Below, piece after piece: positions 53,852 through 64,000 of a DNA stretch of 64,000 nt; within the stretch, counting starts at the first letter, position 1; every line of letters begins with the position of its first letter. The stretch is taken from NCBI GenBank assembly GCA_964016885.1, contig OZ024753.1:14694001-14758000 (forward strand). Reading direction: 5' to 3'. The position numbers were made by a program, and so were the translations under genes. Under the pieces are notes generated by a model that did no database searches, was not told where the DNA came from, and saw only the letters and a program-made list of their open reading frames with translations. The stretch is from Eledone cirrhosa (Eukaryota).

Positions 53852-56698
53852 TTTAAGGCTTACTACCCTGTCTTTAACCTAATTCATTCAATCTGAAAAT
53901 ATTGAAGAGATAAGACACTTTGCCATTCTTCTCTGCTAAAATGTACCACTAGAGCTGATTCAAATTTTCCCAGCCAGCCATCCACCTAATCTACGAAGGT
54001 ATTTTAGCCTACATATTGTCGTTAATATTATGATGTTCCCTGCTGTATTAGCGTTAAATTTTCCCTGCTGTATTAGCGATAAATTTTCGAGGGTTTCTCT
54101 TAGTAGCTTTTTCATGTCGTTAATATTATGATGTTCCCTGCTGTATTAGCGTTAAATTTTCCCTGCTGTATTAGCGATAAATTTTCGAGGGTTTCTCTTA
54201 GTAGCTTTTTTCATGACGTTATTATTGTTAATTTTACTGATGTAGTATTAACTTATTAACTTGGATATTTACCATGCGGTATTCTAATCCTATTGTATCT
54301 CTCTCAGTTCCTACCCCCCCCCCCCCCTCTATGCACTTCTTTAAGGCTTACTACCCTGTCTTTAACCTAATTCATTCAATCTGAAAATATTGAAGAGATA
54401 AGACACTTTGCCATTCTTCTCTGCTAAAATGTACCACTAGAGCTGATTCAAATTTTCCCAGCCAGCCATCCACCTAATCTACGAAGGTATTTTAGCCTAC
54501 ATATTGTCGTTAATATTATGATGTTCCCTGCTGTATTAGCGTTAAATTTTCCCTGCTGTATTAGCGATAAATTTTCGAGGGTTTCTCTTAGTAGCTTTTT
54601 CATGTCGTTAATATTATGATGTTCCCTGCTGTATTAGCGTTAAATTTTCCCTGCTGTATTAGCGATAAATTTTCGAGGGTTTCTCTTAGTAGCTTTTTTC
54701 ATGACGTTATTATTGTTAATTTTACTGATGTAGTATTAACTTATTAACTTGGATATTTACCATGCGGTATTCTAATCCTATTGTATCTCTCTCAGTTCCT
54801 ACCCCCCCCCCCCTCTATGCACTTCTTTAAGGCTTACTACCCTGTCTTTAACCTAATTCATTCAATCTGAAAATATTGAAGAGATAAGACACTTTGCCAT
54901 TCTTCTCTGCTAAAATGTACCACTAGAGCTGATTCAAATTTTCCCAGCCAGCCATCCACCTAATCTACGAAGGTATTTTAGCCTACATATTGTCGTTAAT
55001 ATTATGATGTTCCCTGCTGTATTAGCGTTAAATTTTCCCTGCTGTATTAGCGATAAATTTTCGAGGGTTTCTCTTAGTAGCTTTTTCATGTCGTTAATAT
55101 TATGATGTTCCCTGCTGTATTAGCGTTAAATTTTCCCTGCTGTATTAGCGATAAATTTTCGAGGGTTTCTCTTAGTAGCTTTTTTCATGACGTTATTATT
55201 GTTAATTTTACTGATGTAGTATTAACTTATTAACTTGGATATTTACCATGCGGTATTCTAATCCTATTGTATCTCTCTCAGTTCCTACCCCCCCCCCCCT
55301 CTATGCACTTCTTTAAGGCTTACTACCCTGTCTTTAACCTAATTCATTCAATCTGAAAATATTGAAGAGATAAGACACTTTGCCATTCTTCTCTGCTAAA
55401 ATGTACCACTAGAGCTGATTCAAATTTTCCCAGCCAGCCATCCACCTAATCTACGAAGGTATTTTAGCCTACATATTGTCGTTAATATTATGATGTTCCC
55501 TGCTGTATTAGCGTTAAATTTTCCCTGCTGTATTAGCGATAAATTTTCGAGGGTTTCTCTTAGTAGCTTTTTCATGTCATTAATATTATGATGTTCCCTG
55601 CTGTATTAGCGTTAAATTTTCCCTGCTGTATTAGCGATAAATTTTCGAGGGTTTCTCTTAGTAGCTTTTTTCATGACGTTATTATTGTTAATTTTACTGA
55701 TGTAGTATTAACTTATTAACTTGGATATTTACCATGCGGTATTCTAATCCTATTGTATCTCTCTCAGTTCCTACCCCCCCCCCCCCCTCTATGCACTTCT
55801 TTAAGGCTTACTACCCTGTCTTTAACCTAATTCATTCAATCTGAAAATATTGAAGAGATAAGACACTTTGCCATTCTTCTCTGCTAAAATGTACCACTAG
55901 AGCTGATTCAAATTTTCCCAGCCAGCCATCCACCTAATCTACGAAGGTATTTTAGCCTACATATTGTCGTTAATATTATGATGTTCCCTGCTGTATTAGC
56001 GTTAAATTTTCCCTGCTGTATTAGCGATAAATTTTCGAGGGTTTCTCTTAGTAGCTTTTTCATGTCGTTAATATTATGATGTTCCCTGCTGTATTAGCGT
56101 TAAATTTTCCCTGCTGTATTAGCGATAAATTTTCGAGGGTTTCTCTTAGTAGCTTTTTTCATGACGTTATTATTGTTAATTTTACTGATGTAGTATTAAC
56201 TTATTAACTTGGATATTTACCATGCGGTATTCTAATCCTATTGTATCTCTCTCAGTTCCTACCCCCCCTCTATGCACTTCTTTAAGGCTTACTACCCTGT
56301 CTTTAACCTAATTCATTCAATCTGAAAATATTGAAGAGATAAGACACTTTGCCATTCTTCTCTGCTAAAATGTACCACTAGAGCTGATTCAAATTTTCCC
56401 AGCCAGCCATCCACCTAATCTACGAAGGTATTTTAGCCTACATATTGTCGTTAATATTATGATGTTCCCTGCTGTATTAGCGTTAAATTTTCCCTGCTGT
56501 ATTAGCGATAAATTTTCGAGGGTTTCTCTTAGTAGCTTTTTCATGTCGTTAATATTATGATGTTCCCTGCTGTATTAGCGTTAAATTTTCCCTCCTGTAT
56601 TAGCGATAAATTTTCGAGGGTTTCTCTTAGTAGCTTTTTTCATGACGTTATTATTGTTAATTTTACTGATGTAGTATTAACTTGGATATTTACCATGC
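53852..56698 (+). repeat. Six tandem ~486-bp monomers, each with a 98-bp duplication containing a 25-bp duplication
   Basis: Units start TTTAAGGCTTACTACC at 53852, 54340, 54826, 55312, 55800 and 56281. They differ mainly in poly-C length; the last unit diverges at ~56698. Confidence 0.97.
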
Positions 56699-56959
56699 GA
56701 CCCTCAGTTCCTACCTCACAATTTCCCTCCCCCCCCACCCCCACACACCACCATAGTCTATTCGACCAATCAAACCTAGCATGCCATTTCCACTGCTGCT
56801 GCTGCTACTACCTGCCTAACTAACTCTCTCCTCCTCTGGCGCATCCCAACACACCCTGCCATTACCCCACCACCACTGTCCTTCTAGCCCTCAATTTTCC
56901 CACCGTTATGGATGGATGAGCTGGGAATACACGAGCAACTCTGAATCAATAGATGAAAT

Positions 56960-59900
56960 ATGAATCTGCGAGCTACCAAGCACCCACGTGAAGCGCCAAC
57001 CCAGAGACCCTCCCCTACGAGTGTCGACAAATGCCCAAAACTCCGAGTTGGTACCATCAATGTAGGCTCAATGAAAGGAAGAGCAGGAGAAATCGTAGAA
57101 ATGCTAGAGCGAAAGGAAGTTGATGTATGCTGTGTGCAAGAGACTAGATGGAGAGGAGGGTCTGCTAGAGTCCTTGTAGGAAAAAGCCAGTGCTACAAAT
57201 TTTTCTGGGTGGGAAATGACGATGGGATGGGTGGTGTAGGTATACTATTAGCTGACAAGTGGGTAGATAAAGTAATCTCAGTGTACAGGGTAAATGCAAG
57301 AATCATTAAACTCAGACTAGTCCTGAATAAGACAATTACCACAATAATATCAGCTTACGCACCCCAATCGGGGCTGCCAGACGAACTTAAGGATAGGTTT
57401 TACGAGTCCCTAATACACACTACTGCTCTAACAGACGACAAGGACTTCCTAATCATTGCAGGAGATTTTAACGGACACGTAGGTAAACACTGCGACGGCT
57501 TCAATAGAGTACATGGAGGCCATGGAGTTGGCACAAGGAATGAGGAAGGATTCAGACTTCTAGAATTCTGCGACGCCAATGACATGTCGATATGTAACAC
57601 AAACTTTAAAAAACCCGACAACCACCTGATCACCTATAGATCAGGGGAGCACTCTAGTCAGTTAGATTTTATCCTCATCAGAGGACGTGACAGATGGACG
57701 GTCGTAAACACAAAAGCCTTCCCTAGTGAGGAATGTACATCCCAACATAGCTTAGTTGTCAGCGACCTCACGGTCAGAACTAGACGAGCCCTGAAACAGA
57801 GGCCAACCTGGAGAAGAAAGATCTGGAAGCTGAAAGTCCCCTCAACCAGTAACAGATTTAAAGATATTTTACTCAACGCCTACGACAGTAAAGAAGAACA
57901 GATAGAGACATTTAACGTAGAAGAGAACTGGGAGTTCCTAAAAAATAACTTACTAGAGGCGACGGATGAGGTTTGTGGCTGGAGTAAGACCTCAAGCAGG
58001 AGGAGAGTGACTTGGTGGTGGAACAATAAGGTAGATGAAGCAGTCAAGGCCAAGAGACAGGCATGGAAAGAATGGAAGAACGGGGGGAGCAGGGTACATT
58101 ACATAGAGACCAAGAGGGAAGCTAGGCGACAAGTATACTTAGCTAGGAGGGAAGCAGAGGATAGAAAATTCAAGCATGTTTTACAACGTGAGGACCAGAA
58201 ACAGGAGGTATTCAAGATTGCGAGGCAGTGTGTCAGAGATAGTTGTGATGTCATTGGAGAGAAGTGTATCCGGAATGATAAAGGTGAGCTTGCCCTCACA
58301 AGTGCTGAGAAGAAAGATGCATGGAAGAGTCATTATGATAGATTACTAAATGAGGAGAATGCATGGGAAGAAGAGACCCTACCCCACGTAGACCCTATAG
58401 AGGGACCAGCAGTACAAGTCAGCGGCAGCGTAGTAAGTAAGGCAATCAGAGATATGAAGATAGGGAAGGCAACCGGTCCATCGGGTATAGCTGCCGAGAT
58501 GCTGAAGGCATCTGGGTCTGTAGGTCACACTATAACCACACGTATCGTTAACCAGGTAATACTAGAGGGGGCCATACCAAAAGATTGGTGCAGTAGCATC
58601 ATTGTCAACTGCTACAAAGGTAAAGGCGATGCACTAGATAGAGGAAACTATAGAGGTATAAAGTTGATGGACCAGGTCATGAAAGTAACAGAAAGAGTTA
58701 TAGCACAGCTGATTAGGGACCGGGTGAATATAGACGAGATGCAATTTGGGTTTGTTCCAGGGAAAGGCACCACTGATGCGCTCTTCCTTGTGAGGCAATT
58801 ACAGGAAAAGTACCTAGCTAAAAGTAAGCCACTCTACTTGGCATTTGTCGACCTTGAGAAAGCCTTTGACAGAGTTCCACGTGCAGTAATCTGGTGGGCT
58901 CTTAGAAAACTAGGAGTAGATGAATGGCTTGTGAAAGCGGTACAAGCCATGTATAGGGGAGCAGTCAGCAAAGTTAGGATTGGCAATGAGTATAGCGAGG
59001 AATTTAGCGTACAGGTTGGGGTCCACCAGGGCTCTGTTCTTAGCCCTCTCCTGTTCATCATAGTCCTGCAGGCAATAACGGAGGAGTTTAAGACCGGATG
59101 CCCATGGGAACTCCTGTATGCTGATGACCTCGCACTCATAGCTGAATCTATGGTAGAACTAGAGAATAAATTCCAAACCTGGAAGCAGGGACTAGAGAGA
59201 AAGGGCCTCAAAGTCAACATGACAAAGACTAAGGTCCTTATAAGTAGACGAGAAAACAGAACCCAGATCCCCTCAGGGAAATGGCCTTGCTCAGTATGTA
59301 GGAAAGGTGTAGGTAGGAACTCCATTCTTTGCCCCAAATGCAAACAATGGGTACACAAGAGATGTAGCGGGATCTCAGGAAGCTTAATTAAGAATGTAGG
59401 ATTCACATGCAGCAGCTGTGCTGAAACAGCAAGCAAACAGCCACAGGAAACAAGTACCACCAATCTCTGGGAGGGCCCTGTAGAAACAGTAGACAGCTTC
59501 TGCTACCTAGGTGACCGAATTAGCAACGGAGGTGGGTGCTCAGAAAGTACAATAACTAGGGTAAGAACGGGATGGAAGAAGTTTAGGGAACTACTACCAC
59601 TGCTAGCTGCAAAAGGCTTCTCCCTCAGAATGAAAGGCAGACTGTATGATGCGTGTATCCGAACAGCGATGTTGCATGGTAGTGAGACCTGGGCGCTGAA
59701 GGTGGAAGACTTACGTAGATTAGAGAGAAACGAAGCCTGCATGCTCCGATGGATGTGTAACAGTAATATACGTGAACGACAAAGCATAAATGAATTGAGA
59801 GAGAGACTGAGCATAAGAGGAATCAAATGCTGCGTGCAGGAGAGGCGGTTACGCTGGTATGGACATGTGATGCGTATGAAGGATGACAGCTGCATAAAAA

Positions 59901-60079
59901 GGTGCAGAGCACTAGAAGTTGATGGAAACCGCGGAGTGGGGAGACCCAAGATGACTTGGGATGAGGTGATAAAAGCCGACCTTACCCAACTACACCTCTC
60001 AAAGTCAATGACACACGACCGTGACTTCTGGCGTCACGCAGTAATACAGGGTACCCGACCTCCCATGGGTACATGCTGA
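56960..60079 (+). CDS. RTE LINE polyprotein (APE endonuclease + reverse transcriptase + PHD finger), 1039 aa
   Basis: EN motifs TINVG, VQETRW, SAYAPQ, GDFNGH, QLDFIL, SQH. RT motifs FVDLEKAFDRV, QGSVLSP, YADD, YLG. C4HC3 finger at 59288-59419. No stops. Confidence 0.96.
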   Translation: MNLRATKHPREAPTQRPSPTSVDKCPKLRVGTINVGSMKGRAGEIVEMLERKEVDVCCVQETRWRGGSARVLVGKSQCYKFFWVGNDDGMGGVGILLADKWVDKVISVYRVNARIIKLRLVLNKTITTIISAYAPQSGLPDELKDRFYESLIHTTALTDDKDFLIIAGDFNGHVGKHCDGFNRVHGGHGVGTRNEEGFRLLEFCDANDMSICNTNFKKPDNHLITYRSGEHSSQLDFILIRGRDRWTVVNTKAFPSEECTSQHSLVVSDLTVRTRRALKQRPTWRRKIWKLKVPSTSNRFKDILLNAYDSKEEQIETFNVEENWEFLKNNLLEATDEVCGWSKTSSRRRVTWWWNNKVDEAVKAKRQAWKEWKNGGSRVHYIETKREARRQVYLARREAEDRKFKHVLQREDQKQEVFKIARQCVRDSCDVIGEKCIRNDKGELALTSAEKKDAWKSHYDRLLNEENAWEEETLPHVDPIEGPAVQVSGSVVSKAIRDMKIGKATGPSGIAAEMLKASGSVGHTITTRIVNQVILEGAIPKDWCSSIIVNCYKGKGDALDRGNYRGIKLMDQVMKVTERVIAQLIRDRVNIDEMQFGFVPGKGTTDALFLVRQLQEKYLAKSKPLYLAFVDLEKAFDRVPRAVIWWALRKLGVDEWLVKAVQAMYRGAVSKVRIGNEYSEEFSVQVGVHQGSVLSPLLFIIVLQAITEEFKTGCPWELLYADDLALIAESMVELENKFQTWKQGLERKGLKVNMTKTKVLISRRENRTQIPSGKWPCSVCRKGVGRNSILCPKCKQWVHKRCSGISGSLIKNVGFTCSSCAETASKQPQETSTTNLWEGPVETVDSFCYLGDRISNGGGCSESTITRVRTGWKKFRELLPLLAAKGFSLRMKGRLYDACIRTAMLHGSETWALKVEDLRRLERNEACMLRWMCNSNIRERQSINELRERLSIRGIKCCVQERRLRWYGHVMRMKDDSCIKRCRALEVDGNRGVGRPKMTWDEVIKADLTQLHLSKSMTHDRDFWRHAVIQGTRPPMGTC

Positions 60080-60690
60080 AGCATATAAACAATATGCCCC
60101 CCCCCCCCCCCACCGCAAGGTGGTCGTGGAGGTGCCACGGCAAAAAAGCACCCAGCCCACACTGTAAAGTGGACGTGTAGGCGCCACGAAAAAGCACCCA
60201 GCACTCACTGTAAATGAGGTTGGTGTTAGGAAGGGCATCCAGCTGTAGAAATCAAGCCAGATCAGTTCCTGTATGAGCAAGGCATGGTCAGCCGACCAGA
60301 CAGTGCCCACAACAGGACAACCCGTCTAACCCATGCTAGCGTGGAAGAACGGACGTAAAACGGTGATGATGATGATGATGATGATGATTTAATATAGAAA
60401 TGGCTTCTACAGGACCAGAACTGTTTCATTTCAAGGAAATCATCACAAAAGCCCTGAAATATTTATACTCTGCTATGTTTTGAGTACCTTACTTACTGTG
60501 TTTAACCCTGATTGAAACCAGGACACACACACACACATATATATATACGTTTAAATTTGGTGGTTCACCACAGGGTAGAATTGGTAATTCTTCTATCTTA
60601 ACCAGGATATAATATTAGGAAAGCACTCAACATTACGCAACTCATTCATCTTTGATGTTGAATCACGTTGGTGGTGCGGGAACGGAGTTA

Positions 60691-60877
60691 AATATTATAT
60701 TATAGAGTAAAATGACAAGAAGCTGAACAGGCTGAATTCCTTCAAATATACACCTTATGATGTCACTAGGTTCATACGTAACCTGGCCACTGAAATGTGT
60801 ATAATGTTTGGAGGATAAAAATTTGAAGGAATTCCACTTGTTCAACCTCATGTCATTTTACTCTATAATACAATATT
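60691..60877. mobile_element. MITE-like element with ~55-bp terminal inverted repeats
   Basis: AATATTATATTATAGAGTAAAATGACA...GAATTCCTTCAAAT and ATTTGAAGGAATTC...TGTCATTTTACTCTATAATACAATATT. Confidence 0.75.
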
Positions 60878-61511
60878 ATATATAATTAATCTGAGTATGT
60901 GTTGGTCTCTCACTGACACTTCAGTATGCAAGGGGGAGCACCCGACAAAGTGCGCAGGTGGGTCTGTTTTTATATCATCTTCATCATTTTTTAGATCTGC
61001 TTTCTCTACCAGCAAGGGTTGGATGGGTTGCCATAGACCAAATCAATACTGAAGTGGGGCTGCTGATCTCCCAGATATGCCAGGAATCTGTGTCTTGCTT
61101 ATTTATGCATGACTGCGTCTTCAACTGAGTGCACACGAGAGGTTGTCATTTGTTCCATTCAACTGATGTATCCTCCCAACCCTGTGTGTCGCAAGCTTTC
61201 TATGGCTGATGTGATATATAATATATTATGTCGTGTGATATATAATATATTATTGTCATGTGCGATATATAATATATATTATTTATGATATATATAATTG
61301 TTTCTACTCTAGGCACAAGGCCAGCAATTACCCAGTGCATTACTGGTACTTTATTTTATCGACCCCGTAAGGATGAACGGCAAAGTCAACCTCGGCGGGA
61401 TTTGAACTCAGATCGTAAAGGGACGTAACTCTATGCTTCAAAGCATGGCGTCCGACCCTCCACCGATACTGCCAATCCACCATGATATATATAATATTCC
61501 CTATAATGACT

Positions 61512-62800
61512 ATAGGGAAGAGTTTAGTAATTTGGGGTCCACCAGGCTTTATTTTTAGCTCTTTACTGTTTATTATCGCCCCCAGAGTATAACAAAAGAG
61601 TTTAAAACAGGCAGCCCTATGGAATTCCTGTATGCCGATGATCTAACTCTCATAGCTGAATCTATGTCAAAACTAGAGAAAAAACACATGACCTGGAATC
61701 AAAAGGTCTTAAAGTCAACTTTACAAAGACTAAAGTCCTAGAAAGTAAAAAGGAAAACAAGGCCTAATCTCTTCTGGTAAATGGACCTGCTCTGTGTAGG
61801 AAAGGCGTGACTAGAAATTCCATCCTCTATCTCAAATGCAAACTAGAGGTACACAAGAAATGTAGCGAGATCTCAGGTAGGCTAGCAAAGAAAATAGGTT
61901 TTACCTGTGGGCATTGCACAGGAGCAGTAAGCATCAAATGCTCACAGGAAACAAGTTTTATCAAATTCATAGAGGGTTTTGAACAAGCAGTCAACAGTTT
62001 CTGTTACCTGGGTGACCAAATTAGCGGTGGAGGTGGTTATTCCAAAAGTACAGTAACCAGAGTGAGAATGGAATGAAAAAAGCTCAGGGAGCTGCTACCA
62101 CTGCTAGCTACAAAACGTTTTACCCTCAGAATGAAGGGTAGATTGTATGTGTGTATACAAATAGCAATACAGCATGGAAGTGAGACCCGGGCATTGTGTA
62201 CAGAGGACCTATGTAGATTGGAAACTAATAAAGCTTGAATGATCTCATGGATGTGAAATATACATCAATGGAAAAATTTAATGAACTGAGAAGGAAATTG
62301 GGCATAAAATGGATTAAGTGCAGTGTGCAGGAGAGAAAATTGTGCTGTTATGTTCATGTGATGCATATGAAAGAAGATAGCTGCATAAAAAAGATGCAGG
62401 GCGATCAAACTTTATGGAAGCTTTGGAGAGGGAAGACCTAGTAATGCTTGGGATGAGGTGATAAAAGCTAACCTCACACAATTTCACCTCTCAAAGTGGG
62501 TGGGTTACATGACAAAAGCACTGTCCACACCTTGTAGTGTAATCATGTAAGTGGCATGACAATAAACGCCCAGTCCACCCTGTAAAGTGGTTGTGAAGGA
62601 GTCATGACAAAAGCACCTAGTTCAACTTATAAAGGGTCATGCTGTAAATGAGGTTGGTGTTAGGAAGGGCATCCAGCCATACAAACCAGACCAGCAACAG
62701 TTCTGTATGAGCAAGACATGGTCACCTGATGTGACTTCTCTCACAGCAGGACAACTCGTCTAACCCATGCTAACATTGAAAAATGTGTATTAAACAGTGA
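61512..62800 (+). mobile_element. Old degenerate PHD-RTE LINE 3' fragment
   Basis: LYADDL, RNSILYLKCKLEVHKKC..FTCGHC, FCYLGDQIS with multiple disablements. RTE 3' UTR. Confidence 0.88.
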
Positions 62801-63029
62801 TTATACATATATATATATGTGTGTGTGTGCGCATGTGAGTGTGTATGTATGTATGTATATATATATAGATAGATATATATATATAGATATATATATATAT
62901 ATGTATATATATGTATGTATATATATATGTATATATAGATATGTATATATATATATATGTATGTATATATAGATATGTATATATAGATATGTATGTATGT
63001 ATATATAGATATGTATATATATATGTATG

Positions 63030-63084
<55 letters not shown>

Positions 63085-63354
63085 GTATATATATATGTAT
63101 ATATATATATATATATACATATATATGTATGTATATATATATACCCTATGTAACATGATATATAATATAATATGTATGATATATATAACATATATATTCC
63201 CCTGACACATAATATACAACATATGCTATATACGAGACCTTCCTAATATAATACAACATTATAACAAAATACATGTATTGAGTTTGTAGCAAGAAAGTAA
63301 TACAAGTGACAGACATTAAATAAATGATGTGGAAATAAGAGGTATTGAACTCAC

Positions 63355-63490
63355 CATAACTCCTGTTGCAATTGCTATAGCCCGTCCACAATATGTGTTA
63401 GGCACAATATCACCGTAACCAATGGAGAGGAATGTTATAGAGATCATCCAGAGAGAATTTAGGATATTGGCATGTTTTGTATCATGGTAA
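63355..63490 (-). CDS. KCNN: Internal exon of a small-conductance Ca2+-activated K+ channel (SK/KCNN family): pore helix, GYG filter and start of S6
   Basis: 136-nt exon bounded by tttccAG and GTGAGT. Translates [45 protein letters not shown], matching the SK signature [22 protein letters not shown]. Boundaries (R|YHD ... GxM|) correspond to the vertebrate KCNN exon as I recall it. Confidence 0.96.
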
Positions 63491-63567
63491 CTGGAAATAG
63501 AGAATATTGTAAGCATTAACAATGTGGTTTAAAATAAAGGTCAGCATGAATACATATACAAGTGTCT

Positions 63568-64000
63568 TTGGGGTAACATTACTTGATAGAGTGGGTAGCT
63601 CGGAGATCAGAGAGTCACACCAGGTAGAGCCACTATTTCTACAAATTGAGAGATCACAGCTCTGATACTATGGGCATGTGGTTAGAATGTCTCAGGAAAG
63701 AATCACTAGACAGGTTTGTAGCTCAGAGATCAGAGAGTCACTCCAGGTAGAGCCACTACTTCTACAAATTGAGAGATCACAGCTCTGATACTATGGACAT
63801 GTGGTTAGAATGTCTCAGGAAAGAATCACTAGATAGGTTTGTAGCTCAGAGATCAGAGAGTCACTCCAGGTAGAGCCACTACTTCTCAGAATTGAGAGAT
63901 CACAGCTCTGATACTATGGACATGTGGTTAGAATGTCTCAGGAAGGAATCACTAGATAGGTTTGTAGCTCAGAGATCAGAGAGTCACTCCAGGTAGAGCC
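63568..64000 (+). repeat. 123-bp tandem repeat derived from an Expander/Rex3-like RTE C-terminus (runs off the window)
   Basis: Units start at 63595, 63718, 63841 and 63964. Peptide SSEIRESLQVEPLLLQIERSQL*YYGHVVRM. Confidence 0.85.

Larger units (their letters stand above)
53850..60387 (+). mobile_element. Full-length, apparently intact RTE-clade LINE with tandem 5' monomers
   Basis: TSD TTTAATATA at 53841-53849 and 60388-60396. 3' (GAT)n tail and RTE-type 3' UTR (GGAAGGGCATCCAGCTGTAGAAA). Single long EN-RT ORF. Confidence 0.9.

Overview
AT-rich, microsatellite-dense eukaryotic DNA, most likely from an octopod cephalopod (inferred from the SINE/RTE repeat families). It has one recognisable host exon: the pore/S6 exon of a small-conductance Ca2+-activated K+ channel (SK/KCNN) at 63355-63490 on the minus strand. 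The ~63 kb downstream appears to be one very large intron filled with repeats. Main observations: (1) a young, TSD-flanked, intact RTE-clade LINE (53850-60387) with six near-identical ~486-bp nested monomers as its 5' region and a C4HC3 PHD finger inserted in the EN-RT protein; (2) at least seven minimal type I hammerhead ribozyme motifs from three or more sequence families, in short (TA)n-associated, often fold-back elements (Penelope-like/retrozyme-like), showing covariation and a shared C-C mismatch in stem II; (3) a DD37D (maT) mariner fossil, a non-autonomous Helitron, a C2H2-finger RTE, a SINE sharing the LINE 3' tail, a TSD-flanked SINE dimer and several satellites with higher-order structure. 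Most ORFs in the supplied track are microsatellite artefacts. All coordinates and pairings were read by eye.
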